The notes beneath the pieces were generated by a model. The model saw only the letters and a program-made list of their open reading frames with translations, did not search any database and was not told where the DNA came from. Shown here one piece after another: positions 48,164 through 58,475 of a DNA stretch of 64,000 nucleotides; position 1 is the first letter of the stretch; each line of letters begins with the position of its first letter. The DNA is taken from positions 4,503-68,502 of the forward strand of contig CAZCCH010000007.1 of assembly GCA_964497315.1 (NCBI GenBank). Reading direction: 5' to 3'. Made by a program: the position numbers and the translations under genes. This DNA is from an uncultured Planctomycetia bacterium (GTDB lineage Bacteria; Omnitrophota; Gorgyraeia; Taenaricolales; CAZCCH01).

Positions 48164-49354
48164 GTGAAAATTTGCATTGCGGTTGAGCCGTATAATCTCA
48201 TATCCGGACATTGTAGACTGGCCGTAGAACTGGCCGGCCAACTGGTCAAAATGAACCATGAAGTTGTATTATTAACAACGCGCCCGACGGATGCCGTAGA
48301 GAACCTCAACAAACAACTCGCGGCTGATGTTTCTTTAAGTGGTGTAGAAATCCTGGCGCCTTTTCATTCTTCTTCCGACCCATTGACAGATAAAACGAAA
48401 TCTGTGATACGGGCATCTTTAAAAGGCGTTGATCTTGTTCACGGTTTTAATTTTAGAATTACGAACTTGATTATGTCATTATACGGCGCCGAGAGGGATT
48501 TTTTTGTTGTTTACCATTTATCCGGTCAAGCTAAATGGAGATGGAGAGATTTATTAAAAGCAGGGCCTTCCAGTTTTCTTATTCTGACAAGGCTTATTCA
48601 TATATACAAGCTTTTATCTCCTGCCGGAAAATTTAAAAAGATTTTGATGCGGTATGACAAAATCACAGTGGGATGCAATTTTTTGGCAGAATTAGTAAAA
48701 TGTATGGGGATTGACAGAGAGAGGATAGAAGTGGTTCCATGGGGCCTGGATATGAAGAGATTCACCGATGTTTCCAGCCAGCCATTCCCCGCACGGCAGA
48801 ATTTTCTTTATTTTGGATGGGGTTCATCTATAAGGGGAGTCCCGGATGTGCTTGAGGCATTTAAACTCTTATTAAGAAATGACCCCAGCGTCAGATTGAC
48901 ACTTTGTTTCCCAGGTTTTCACGGACTTGAAGAAGAATTTCTTAAATTTTCTATTAGAAAAATGAAAATCTCCGAATCTGTGTCATTAAAGAGTTTTGTG
49001 CCGGATATTTTGAAGATGATAGCGGATAGCAGCGTTGTTATTTTACCTTTTCGCTCAACAGCGGGTTTTCCTCACCCTCCTTTAGCGATTTTGGAAGCCA
49101 TGGCAGTTGGCAGGGTAGTTATATCGACATTGACAGGCTCAATCCCGGAGATAATTTGCGATAATAAAACAGGTTTTTTGGTGCCACCAAGGGATCCCAG
49201 TTCTTTGTATAAGAAGATGTTATTGACCTATAACACTCAATTGCGGCGGGAGATTGGAGAAAGGTCGAGAGAGTATATTGCTCTTGCGCATAGCTGGGAG
49301 TACGCGTTACCCAAAATTCTTAACGTGTATAAACAAATACAGAAAAAGGGTTAA
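48164..49354 (+). CDS. GT4 glycosyltransferase
   Basis: 'PPLAILEAMAVGRVVI..GSIPEII'. Confidence 0.85.
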   Translation: MKICIAVEPYNLISGHCRLAVELAGQLVKMNHEVVLLTTRPTDAVENLNKQLAADVSLSGVEILAPFHSSSDPLTDKTKSVIRASLKGVDLVHGFNFRITNLIMSLYGAERDFFVVYHLSGQAKWRWRDLLKAGPSSFLILTRLIHIYKLLSPAGKFKKILMRYDKITVGCNFLAELVKCMGIDRERIEVVPWGLDMKRFTDVSSQPFPARQNFLYFGWGSSIRGVPDVLEAFKLLLRNDPSVRLTLCFPGFHGLEEEFLKFSIRKMKISESVSLKSFVPDILKMIADSSVVILPFRSTAGFPHPPLAILEAMAVGRVVISTLTGSIPEIICDNKTGFLVPPRDPSSLYKKMLLTYNTQLRREIGERSREYIALAHSWEYALPKILNVYKQIQKKG

Positions 49355-49355
49355 G

Positions 49356-50108
49356 ATGGGAAAATATGATTATGGGCCGAAAAAGGCCTATTCTAATTCA
49401 GGGCTTGTTGCGCGTTACGATCTTGATAGGTTTTCTTCGCCAGCGGGAAAGTTGATCGGTTCTATTGAAGAGGATATTGTCCTGGCAAGCATCCCGATAA
49501 AAGAGCTGGCTGATGGAAATAAAATTATTCTTGATATGTGCACGGGTACAGGCAGATTTGCCGTTGAATGCGCGAAACTAAGATTAAATGTTATCGGTTG
49601 CGATGCATCATTGCCTATGCTGCGCACGGCCCTTCAAAAAGCAGCAACTTTGAATTTATCCCGAAATACGGATTTCGTATCTGGAGATATATACAATTTA
49701 CCTTTTAAAGATGGGAAATTCTCGCATGTTATTTGCATAAGGCTTATTAACCAGTTACAGGGAAAAGATTCCAAGGAAAGGGCCATAAAAGAATTATGCA
49801 GGGTTTGCGGTGAAGGAGGGACATTCCTTTTTGATTTCGTAAATGCCAGCAGCATTTCCCTGGTTAGAGGCCGTTTACATAGGTCACGTTTAGTGTCTTT
49901 CGCTGATATAGAAAAGATAGTATCAGCTATCCCGGGCGTTAGAATAAAAAGTTTTACGGGAAGGTTCATAATTTCACAAACTATCTTAATGCATATCCCC
50001 CGCTATCTTTTGAAAATAATGACGAAATTAGACGCGGCTTTGTCCCGCCTTTTCTATGGGTATGCGATTAAAGGGTATGTTGTTATTGAAAGGTCAAGGA
50101 AATCTTAA
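49356..50108 (+). CDS. Class I SAM-dependent methyltransferase
   Basis: ILDMCTGTGR; 'GDIYNLPF'; start moved to ATG 49356, right after the previous stop. Confidence 0.85.
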   Translation: MGKYDYGPKKAYSNSGLVARYDLDRFSSPAGKLIGSIEEDIVLASIPIKELADGNKIILDMCTGTGRFAVECAKLRLNVIGCDASLPMLRTALQKAATLNLSRNTDFVSGDIYNLPFKDGKFSHVICIRLINQLQGKDSKERAIKELCRVCGEGGTFLFDFVNASSISLVRGRLHRSRLVSFADIEKIVSAIPGVRIKSFTGRFIISQTILMHIPRYLLKIMTKLDAALSRLFYGYAIKGYVVIERSRKS

Positions 50109-51278
50109 ATGAAAATTTTGATTAATGGGATTGGCTCTAAATTTGGAGGCAGCGCCGCCGATTTTATAAACATTATCTGGAGCTTTACGGATTTGGCCAA
50201 GGACGATGAGTATTTTATATATGCCTCAAGGGCTCTTGCCAAAGAATTTGATGGACTGCCGGAGAATTTTCACATACTATCTTCCGCGTTTGCTGAAGCT
50301 AATTGGATTTTTAGGTTTTTATTTGACCAGGTTGTTATTCCTTTATTTATCGCGAGCAAAGGGATAAAGGTATTTATTGGATTTTTTAACTTCGCGGTTT
50401 TTATTTCACCGGTTAAGCAGGTTATACGTATAACCAACGACCTTTGTTTTTCTGGGATTGCGTTGCGAAGGGCGAAATTTCTAAATGCGGCGTATTTTGC
50501 CAGGGTTACCATGCTGCGGTATTTAATTGTTCTTTCAATCAAAAAAGCCGATAGGGTTATATTTCTTTCCAATGCCCTTAAGGCGGATGTCGCGCGCTAT
50601 TTTAAAAAAGATATACCGGCGGAAAAATGCCTGGTTTCATATAATGGGATAAATGAGGGGCGTTTTGCAATAGAGGAAAGCTTAAGTGATGAACTCAAAC
50701 AGAAGATGTCGCCTGTCTCTGGAAAAAATCCTTTTTATATTCTCTATCCAGCGTACTATTATTTCCATAAAAACTTTGACACCTTATTTAAGGCATTGCC
50801 CGATTTTAAAAGAAGCATCCATGGGGAATTCAAGTTGGTTCTCACAATTTATATAGATAAAGCGCTTGGAGGATCTTATGGATGGGATAATGCAGTAAAG
50901 CTTATGGAGGATTTATCCATAGCGGAAGACATTATTTTTTTGGGGAATATCCCATATTCAAAAATGCACCTTATCTACAAGGCCTGCCAGATGGTAGTAT
51001 TTCCTTCTTCGACCGAAGCTTGCCCTAATCCTTTATTGGAAGCAATGTTTCACGGGTTGCCCATTGTTGCGTCTGATATTCCTGCGCATAAAGAGCTTTG
51101 TCAGAATGCGGCTTTATATTTTAAGGTATTTGATCCTCAGGATCTTGCGCAGAAATTGGCGTTGGTAGCAAAGGATAAGGAGCTATATAACCGGTTTGCC
51201 AAAGAGGGGAAGAACAGGTGTTCACGATTTTCATGGCGCGTGCATGCAGAAAAACTTTATCATGCTATAGAAAATTGA
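50109..51278 (+). CDS. GT4 glycosyltransferase
   Basis: 'HKNF', 'FPSSTEACPNPLLEAM'. Confidence 0.9.
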   Translation: MKILINGIGSKFGGSAADFINIIWSFTDLAKDDEYFIYASRALAKEFDGLPENFHILSSAFAEANWIFRFLFDQVVIPLFIASKGIKVFIGFFNFAVFISPVKQVIRITNDLCFSGIALRRAKFLNAAYFARVTMLRYLIVLSIKKADRVIFLSNALKADVARYFKKDIPAEKCLVSYNGINEGRFAIEESLSDELKQKMSPVSGKNPFYILYPAYYYFHKNFDTLFKALPDFKRSIHGEFKLVLTIYIDKALGGSYGWDNAVKLMEDLSIAEDIIFLGNIPYSKMHLIYKACQMVVFPSSTEACPNPLLEAMFHGLPIVASDIPAHKELCQNAALYFKVFDPQDLAQKLALVAKDKELYNRFAKEGKNRCSRFSWRVHAEKLYHAIEN

Positions 51279-51314
51279 TATAAATCCGATATTTGATAAA
51301 GAAAGGCACTAAAG

Positions 51315-52262
51315 ATGAAATTGCTGATGTTACTTTTAAAACTTTTTCCAAAAAGAGCGCAGGTTGAAATAACTACCCGGTGCAATTTAGATTGCAAGAT
51401 GTGCCCGCGCTCAAGATATGGCATAAAACCGATGGATATGTCATTGGGAGCGTTTAAGAAGATACTGGATAAGCTTTCTTCCGTAAAAGAGATTACGATA
51501 TCCGGATGGGGTGAGCCGTTACTTCATCCCGATCTTGAAAAAGTAATAGATTATTGCTTGGAGGAAGGTAAGAAAATTAAGCTGACTACCAATGGGTTGT
51601 TGATTAATGATGCAAATTTAAAATATTTGATAAAGATAGATGAGATTACATTTTCCATAGACCAACTGGATGATGATAAACATTTAACCTTAGGGCATTG
51701 TCAGAAGATAGCGATTGAGAATATAAGAAAGCTTGCAGGGCAGAGAATTGGCAAAAAACTGCATATCAGGATACAATCGGTATATTACAGGGAGAATAAG
51801 AGAGATATTCTGGAAATAATCAAAATGGCAAAAGAATTGGGAATTGATTCTGTCAAGGTGATGCGAATTAACCCGCGCTACGGCCCGCCCGGGGCTTTTC
51901 CAAATATTTCACGAAATGAGCTTTTAGAATTTTATGGAGAAGCGAATAAATTCGCAAAGGCGTTAAAAATGAGAGTAGACTTCGTAAACTATGCCTTTTT
52001 CAAAGGTGCAGCAAGGATTATACACAAAATAAGCATGTTTTTTATCCTCCCGGCTTTAAAAATTTACTGCACAAGGGTTCTCAATTTTATTTATGTAAGA
52101 GTGGATGGGAAGGTAAGCCCCTGCGGCGGGATACGCGATTACATCATTGGCGATTTGTCAAAAGAAGACCTTGGGGCTATATATAAGAGCGAGAAAGTTC
52201 AGGATTATAGAAAGAATTATTTGGAGATTTGCAAAGGTTGTAGTTTTATGATTGACCACTAA
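51315..52262 (+). CDS. Radical SAM/SPASM-like protein
   Basis: CNLDCKMC, 'GWGEP', 'DGKVSPC..CKGC'. Confidence 0.9.
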   Translation: MKLLMLLLKLFPKRAQVEITTRCNLDCKMCPRSRYGIKPMDMSLGAFKKILDKLSSVKEITISGWGEPLLHPDLEKVIDYCLEEGKKIKLTTNGLLINDANLKYLIKIDEITFSIDQLDDDKHLTLGHCQKIAIENIRKLAGQRIGKKLHIRIQSVYYRENKRDILEIIKMAKELGIDSVKVMRINPRYGPPGAFPNISRNELLEFYGEANKFAKALKMRVDFVNYAFFKGAARIIHKISMFFILPALKIYCTRVLNFIYVRVDGKVSPCGGIRDYIIGDLSKEDLGAIYKSEKVQDYRKNYLEICKGCSFMIDH

Positions 52263-53019
52263 AATGGCAAAAGATATGAAAATTCCTATAGTATTCTATC
52301 ATTCGCTTTGTGAAGAAAAAAGCGGCAATAAGTATTGCCTTGATAAAGATAAGTTTGAAAGCCAAATTTCCTATTTGGCCAAACACAGTATTGAGGTTCT
52401 ATCGGTATATGATGCGATGAATCTAAATAAGGCGCCTTTGAGCACCAACCCTGCTGTTATGGTTGCGTTTGACGATGGATGCGCAAGCCTGTTTAATTAT
52501 GCCTATGCGATTTTGAACAAATTTAACTTTAAAGCCCATATATTTATCGCGACAGACTTCATAGGCAAAGAAGGATATCTACAATGGGACCAGATTGTAA
52601 AATTGCATAAAGATGGCTTTATAATAGGTTCACATGGCCATTCGCATAGAAATCTCGCGACCTTGGGGAGTGAAGATATTTGCCGCGAATTACAAATTTC
52701 CAAATCGTTGTTGCAAGAAAAGCTGAATGTGAATATAGACATAGTTTCGCTTCCTCACGGAGGTTTCGATAAACATGTACTGGAGGCTATTGAGGAGACC
52801 GGTTTTAAAGCTGCTTTTACTTCAGTTCCTACGTATGGCATTTCTTGCGAAAATCTTTATGTATTTGGAAGATTTGCGATTCTTGCCAATACTAGCCAGG
52901 CTAAATTTGAAGCAATCGTGAATCACCGTCTGCGGGTTTTTGTTGCGGAGAACTGTTTTTATAGGATGAAAAAGCTTATTAAGCCGGTTTTGAAAATACT
53001 TAAAAGAGGACAAATATGA
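52252..53019 (+). CDS. CE4 polysaccharide deacetylase
   Basis: 'AFDDG', 'GSHGHSH', 'SLPHG'. Confidence 0.85.
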   Translation: MTTKMAKDMKIPIVFYHSLCEEKSGNKYCLDKDKFESQISYLAKHSIEVLSVYDAMNLNKAPLSTNPAVMVAFDDGCASLFNYAYAILNKFNFKAHIFIATDFIGKEGYLQWDQIVKLHKDGFIIGSHGHSHRNLATLGSEDICRELQISKSLLQEKLNVNIDIVSLPHGGFDKHVLEAIEETGFKAAFTSVPTYGISCENLYVFGRFAILANTSQAKFEAIVNHRLRVFVAENCFYRMKKLIKPVLKILKRGQI

Positions 53020-54464
53020 AGATAACATTTTTGGTGCCTCCGATTTTACAGGGTACGAGAATAGCCGAAAGAGTAGCCGGTTGTTCTTATGTCCTTTATG
53101 ATGTCCCAAATATTTTCATGGTTTTGTTCGCTGCGGTTGCCAGAGATGCTGGCCATGAGGTTTCATATGTAGATTTTCCTGTGATGAAGAAAAGAAGAGA
53201 TGATTTTTTAAATTTCTTGAAAAATGATGATAGCCATGTTTATTTCATTTTTACAGTTGAGCTATCTGTGCAGACAGATATTCTGGCGCATCAATTGATA
53301 CGGCAAACAAGAGGAAATATCCCTTTGATATTCGCGGGCCCGGCCCCTTCACATCGTCCGGAGACGTTTTTGAAAGATGCCTATACCTATATTGTAAGAG
53401 GAGAGCCGGAGCGAACCATGATAGAGTTATTGGTTACCCTGGATACAAAGGGCGATTTTAGTCAGGTCAAAGGATTAAGTTTTATTAAAGACAGAGAAGT
53501 TGTTCATAACCTTCCGCGGGAATTAATAAAAAATTTAGACGATTTGCCGTTTCCTGCCAGAGATTTGGTGGATAAAAGTAAAGGCATGTATTTTAACCCA
53601 AAATTAAGAATTAGGCCGGTTACTTTAGTGCTAGGATCGAGGAATTGTTCCTATAGATGCATCTATTGCGTACCGTGCGCGTTAACTTTTGCGATAGAGA
53701 TAGAATATAAACGTTATTTTAAAAAGAAACCACCGGTGAGGCTTAGAAGTGCTCAAAATATTATTTCAGAGTTTAATTTGCTGAAGAAACAAGGGTACAA
53801 GGCAGTTGTTTTTCAGGATGACATTTTTATTTGGGAAAAACAGAGAACCATCGAATTCTGCCGCGGAATTAAAAATGTGGGCATAGTCTGGGGTTGCCAG
53901 GCGAGGGCAGATCATCTTTCCGAAGACTTGCTGAAGGAGATGGCTCAATCTGGGTGTAGGTATATTGATATCGGCATTGAATCATTCAATCAGGAAATAT
54001 TGGATGCTGTGAGAAAAGATTTAAAGGTGGAGGACTCTATCAGAGCCATAAAACTTATCAAGAAATATGGCATAGACGCGAAGATAAATATCATATTCGG
54101 AGCCACGCCACTGGAGACAAAGAAGACGATAAACCATACCAGAAAGATGGTAAAGAAGCTTAAGGTGAGTCAAGTCATGTATTCAGCATGTGCGCCATGG
54201 CCCGGCACTGAACTTTACGATATAGCCAAGAAGCAAGGATGGTTTGTTGATGGCGACTATAGGCCAAGCGATGGAGATAGAGAATCCATCATACAATTTC
54301 CCCATTTATCCAAAAAAGAGCTGGAATCTTTATTGAAAAAGGCAAATTTGGAATTCTTTTTAAATATTCGATTTATAATGAGAAATATTTTCAAAACCGG
54401 CTTGTTCAATGTCGCCAACCTTGTGGATTCTGTTAAGGCCGTATTCAGGAAAATAAGATGGTAA
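53016..54464 (+). CDS. Cobalamin-dependent radical SAM protein
   Basis: N-terminal B12-binding-like domain; 'RGEPE'; 'SRNCSYRCIYC'; 'GIES'. Confidence 0.85.
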   Translation: MKITFLVPPILQGTRIAERVAGCSYVLYDVPNIFMVLFAAVARDAGHEVSYVDFPVMKKRRDDFLNFLKNDDSHVYFIFTVELSVQTDILAHQLIRQTRGNIPLIFAGPAPSHRPETFLKDAYTYIVRGEPERTMIELLVTLDTKGDFSQVKGLSFIKDREVVHNLPRELIKNLDDLPFPARDLVDKSKGMYFNPKLRIRPVTLVLGSRNCSYRCIYCVPCALTFAIEIEYKRYFKKKPPVRLRSAQNIISEFNLLKKQGYKAVVFQDDIFIWEKQRTIEFCRGIKNVGIVWGCQARADHLSEDLLKEMAQSGCRYIDIGIESFNQEILDAVRKDLKVEDSIRAIKLIKKYGIDAKINIIFGATPLETKKTINHTRKMVKKLKVSQVMYSACAPWPGTELYDIAKKQGWFVDGDYRPSDGDRESIIQFPHLSKKELESLLKKANLEFFLNIRFIMRNIFKTGLFNVANLVDSVKAVFRKIRW

Positions 54465-55477
54465 AATTAGTCAGGATTTCTGATGAGTTAGCTTGTAGAT
54501 GGGATTCTTTAATAGGGAATTATTCCAGTAAAAGATTATTCCACAACATGGCGTGGCTGAATTACCTGGAGAAGAGCCAAAATGGTAAAAAACTGATTTT
54601 TGAAATAAGAGACAACAGTAGATTGGTCGGTTACTTTTGCGCTTTGAGTATAAAAAAGGGACCCTTTAAGATACTTGGAAGCCCGCTACGCGGGTGGAAT
54701 ACATTTGAGATGGGACCTATAATGAATAGAAATCTCAACCAGATTGATGTTGTTCAGGCAATAAGTGATTATGCGAAAAACAATGAATATTCTGTATTGG
54801 AGTTGAGTAATTCATTATTAGAGCCGAAGGTTATGAGGGCAGCAGGTTTTAGTTTTTACAAAAAGTACACATATGTTGTTAAGCTTATGCCGGGTGAAAA
54901 AGAGAGGATGTTCGAAAATTTAACAAGTGTTTGCCGTAATAGAATACGCAAAGGAGTCAATAATAAGTTATCTGCGAAGGATATCAGTCATCCAATTGTA
55001 GCCGAGCGATATTATACCCTGTTAAAAAAGGTATTTTTCAAAAAATGGTTAGCACCCCCGTATAAAAAAACGAAAGTAAATTTACTTTTTGAAATACTTA
55101 AACCGGTAGGAATGCTGATCTCCATGCAGGTAAGTACTTTAGCAGGTGAAATTATTGCCATAGGGCTGTATCCTCATGATAATCGAACGTTGTTTTTTTA
55201 TGGTGGAGCCAGTAAGGGCACGCGCAACCATCTTTATCCCAATGAACTATTGCATTGGTCTGCTATGTTGGAAGCATCCAATATGGGAATAGAATCTTAT
55301 GATATGGGTGGTGTGACGTCAAAAGAGAAAAGCGGTATAGATAAATTCAAGCGTAAGTTCGAAGGCAGAAAGGAAGAGATTTTGCATTGGCAAAAATTTT
55401 ATTCACCCGTTGCCAAAGCGGCATATTCTTCATATAGGGCGTTAATATTTTTAAGGCAAAAAATATTTTTTATATAA
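54458..55477 (+). CDS. FemAB-like GNAT acyltransferase
   Basis: 'LFHNMAW', 'RNRIRKG', 'PNELLHW..YDMGG..GIDKFKRKF'. Confidence 0.8.
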   Translation: MVKLVRISDELACRWDSLIGNYSSKRLFHNMAWLNYLEKSQNGKKLIFEIRDNSRLVGYFCALSIKKGPFKILGSPLRGWNTFEMGPIMNRNLNQIDVVQAISDYAKNNEYSVLELSNSLLEPKVMRAAGFSFYKKYTYVVKLMPGEKERMFENLTSVCRNRIRKGVNNKLSAKDISHPIVAERYYTLLKKVFFKKWLAPPYKKTKVNLLFEILKPVGMLISMQVSTLAGEIIAIGLYPHDNRTLFFYGGASKGTRNHLYPNELLHWSAMLEASNMGIESYDMGGVTSKEKSGIDKFKRKFEGRKEEILHWQKFYSPVAKAAYSSYRALIFLRQKIFFI

Positions 55478-55478
55478 G

Positions 55479-56432
55479 ATGAAATTTTCTATAATTATCC
55501 CTGTATATAACAATGAAAAATACATCGCTGAATGCACAAAATCCCTTTTGTCGTTAGAATACCCAGACAAGGAAATAATTATTGTAAACGACGGCTCAAC
55601 GGATTGCACAGCACAGATATTAAAAAAATTTGCAGCAAGAAAACTTAAGATAATTAACCTTAAACAGCGCAGTGGAATAATATGCGCATCAAATAGAGGT
55701 CTGTCTGTAGCAAGCGGCGATATCATTATCAGAACAGATGGGGATACTATTGTAAATAAAGATTGGCTCAATCGTTTTAGTAGTTATTTTCGTGATAAGG
55801 ATATTATGGCAGTCGGGGGTTCATATAAGTGCCTGAATGATAGTTCGATAGTTGCATTGTGTACCAGCACAATAGATGCTATCTTCGTTAATCTATTGCG
55901 GAGGAAATTGCTGTTTAATAGGCTGCCTGGTGCCAATAGGGCAATGAGGAAGGATGCCTTTTTGTCTGTAAATGGATTTGGTCAAGGGATTGACTTTAGT
56001 GAAGACATTGGCACGTATTTGAAATTAAAAAGCCTAGGCAAGATAGTATTCGACCCAGAAATTATTGTCGCGACTCACTATCCAGAGAATCTACAGCAAT
56101 TATGGAAGCGTCATTATTTTAATGGATATGGGATAGCCTCATGCCTAAAATCGCCGAAGGCATGGATTAGGCCAATTTTAATGCTTGGGTTTTATCTTAC
56201 GATTATGACCGCGTTTATGAATGTATTTCTATTTACCGAGATAAGGTTGCTGAGCGGTATTTCTATGATGTTTTACTCATCTATATTTATTGCGATCGCT
56301 ATACTTAGCTTGTTTGCGCTCCACAAGAAGAGATTTCTTTTTTTAATTGTACCGTTGATTTTTATAATTCAGAATACAGCCTATCTATGCGGTATAGCGA
56401 GGACTTTATTATCGAAGAGATTAAAGAGGTGA
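55479..56432 (+). CDS. GT2 glycosyltransferase with C-terminal TMs
   Basis: 'SIIIPVYN', 'NDGSTD', DxD 'TDGD', 'SED'. Confidence 0.9.
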   Translation: MKFSIIIPVYNNEKYIAECTKSLLSLEYPDKEIIIVNDGSTDCTAQILKKFAARKLKIINLKQRSGIICASNRGLSVASGDIIIRTDGDTIVNKDWLNRFSSYFRDKDIMAVGGSYKCLNDSSIVALCTSTIDAIFVNLLRRKLLFNRLPGANRAMRKDAFLSVNGFGQGIDFSEDIGTYLKLKSLGKIVFDPEIIVATHYPENLQQLWKRHYFNGYGIASCLKSPKAWIRPILMLGFYLTIMTAFMNVFLFTEIRLLSGISMMFYSSIFIAIAILSLFALHKKRFLFLIVPLIFIIQNTAYLCGIARTLLSKRLKR

Positions 56433-56438
56433 GAGAGC

Positions 56439-57038
56439 TTGATTAGAGTAAATTTGGCATTAAAGAGGTTTTTCGATATTCTGTTTTCTCTATTTGGTTT
56501 AATGGTTTCTTCGATGTTATGGATCATTATTTCAATGGCCATTTATATAGAGGATGGCGGACCCGTGCTTTTTGCAGATATGCGCGTAGGTAAAGATAGG
56601 CGATTGTATAGACATTTTAAATTTCGGACTATGAAGAAGGAAGCAGAGAGGACAACTGGGCCAATTTGGTCGACAAAAGAAGATAGGCGAATAATAAAAG
56701 TAGGGCGGTTTCTAAGAGCTACAGCTATAGATGAACTACCACAGTTGATAAATATCCTAAAAGGGGATATGAGTTTTGTTGGACCAAGGCCTGAGAGGGA
56801 ACATTTTGTAAATAAATTCACAAAAGAAATCCCAGGTTATCAAAGACGATTTTGCATTAGACCGGGACTGACCGGCATGGCCCAAGTTTATGGTAAGCAT
56901 GATAGTTTACCAGAGAAGAAGTTGAAGTATGATTTGGAATACATAGATAGACAGAGCGTTCCCCTGGATCTTAAATTGATATTTTTATCATTTCTAATAA
57001 CGTCCAAAGCAGGGTGGGAAAAATTTGAAAAGACTTAA
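56439..57038 (+). CDS. Priming undecaprenyl-phosphate sugar phosphotransferase (Bac_transf)
   Basis: 'KRFFDI', 'FKFRTM', 'IDELPQL', 'FVGPRPE', 'RPGLTG'. Confidence 0.95.
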   Translation: MIRVNLALKRFFDILFSLFGLMVSSMLWIIISMAIYIEDGGPVLFADMRVGKDRRLYRHFKFRTMKKEAERTTGPIWSTKEDRRIIKVGRFLRATAIDELPQLINILKGDMSFVGPRPEREHFVNKFTKEIPGYQRRFCIRPGLTGMAQVYGKHDSLPEKKLKYDLEYIDRQSVPLDLKLIFLSFLITSKAGWEKFEKT

Positions 57039-57040
57039 TC

Positions 57041-57163
57041 AGAAATATTGATTCTGGGTTTAAACTTATAAGAAAAGAAGTAATCGATGATGTTTTGGAT
57101 GATGTAGTGAAAATGAAACACTGTGTAATGTCAGAGTTTATTTTAAAGACGTATCTTATATGA
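57041..57163 (+). pseudogene. Fragment of a DPM-synthase-like GT2 gene
   Basis: Start-less frame RNIDSGFKLIRKEVIDDVLDDVVKMKHCVMSEFILKTYLI*, matching the D..GFK..R.EV motif. Confidence 0.5.
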
Positions 57164-57368
57164 GAGAAACAGAATAAAATCTATAAAAGAATTAAAAACT
57201 TCAAAACCAGCATTTATTGTTATTTCACGAAGCCATTTTGTATCATCTCATGCTGATGAACGAAAGTCTTTTCCAGAATTTTTTGGCTTTGTAGAAGAGC
57301 ATTGCCATTTATCTAAAACCATAGGCTTGTTGGATATATACGAGAATAACAAGAGGAAGAGCAGAATA

Positions 57369-58475
57369 GTGAAAAGGGTTTCTAACATTGTTATCATTGG
57401 AGCTGGTCCGATAGGCTGCTATACTGCACAATTACTAAAGAGAAAAGGTATTAACCCTGTTCTAATTGAAGAGCATAAGCAGATAGGCAGACCTGTTCAT
57501 TGTGCCGGAGTATTAGGTAGTCAGGTATTTAGCAATATGCAATTGCCCATACCTGAGAAATCTATCAAAAATAGAATCGATGGAGCTATAATTGCCCATG
57601 ATAAGAAGAGCTTTGAAATTAAGAGAAAAGGCGTAGCATTTGTAGTTGACAGGGAAGTATTTGATAAAGAGCTTGGAAAAGGATTGGATGTTAATTTTGA
57701 AACCAAATTTATTGGCTTTGAAAAGAATAAAAAAGGTTATTTGATAGAAACAGACAAAGGAGAGTTTAAAGCAGATATATTGATAGGTGCTGACGGTGCA
57801 AGGTCTCACGTCAGAGAGGTAGGAAATTTCAAGGCGAACATTACTTATAAAAGAGGGGTTCAATTTAGAATAAAAACCAAATTGGACCTAGGGAGTTTCG
57901 TTGAAGTTCACTTAAGGAAACCATATTTTTCATGGCTTATACCTGAAGGCAAGGGAATAGTCAAGGCAGGTATTATTTCTGACAACCCCTACCACGACCT
58001 TGTAGAATTTCTAGATAAACGCAAGATTAAAGGTAAGATATTGAATAAATTTGGTGGTCTTGTACCCAGAGGTAACTGTCAGACTACAGATGGGAGCGTT
58101 GCCCTGATTGGTGATGCTGCTTGCCAGGTCAAGCCTTTGAGTCAGGGTGGTATTTATTATGGGATGAAATGCGCAGAGATTTTAGTGCACTGCATAAAGA
58201 ATGGCAGGTTAGGTGATTATGATAAAGAATGGAAAAAGCAGTTTGGCAGAGAGATGCAGATTAGCTCGAAGATTAAAAAGTTTTATGAAGGTTTAAATGA
58301 TGGCGATCTTGAGCAGGTATTTGATTTGATTAGAGAAAATTCAGGTACGATAGAAAAATTAGGGAATTTCGAGAATCATTCTTTTGTTATATTGAAAATA
58401 ATGAAAAATCCAAAAACGCAAAAAAAGATCGGTGTTATATTATGGAATTTAATGAAGAAGAGAATGCTGGGATAA
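57369..58475 (+). CDS. Geranylgeranyl-reductase-family FAD-dependent oxidoreductase
   Basis: GAGPIG Rossmann; 'CAG'; 'IGADGA.S'; 'GDAA.QVKP..GGIYYG'; probable GTG start at 57369. Confidence 0.85.
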   Translation: MKRVSNIVIIGAGPIGCYTAQLLKRKGINPVLIEEHKQIGRPVHCAGVLGSQVFSNMQLPIPEKSIKNRIDGAIIAHDKKSFEIKRKGVAFVVDREVFDKELGKGLDVNFETKFIGFEKNKKGYLIETDKGEFKADILIGADGARSHVREVGNFKANITYKRGVQFRIKTKLDLGSFVEVHLRKPYFSWLIPEGKGIVKAGIISDNPYHDLVEFLDKRKIKGKILNKFGGLVPRGNCQTTDGSVALIGDAACQVKPLSQGGIYYGMKCAEILVHCIKNGRLGDYDKEWKKQFGREMQISSKIKKFYEGLNDGDLEQVFDLIRENSGTIEKLGNFENHSFVILKIMKNPKTQKKIGVILWNLMKKRMLG

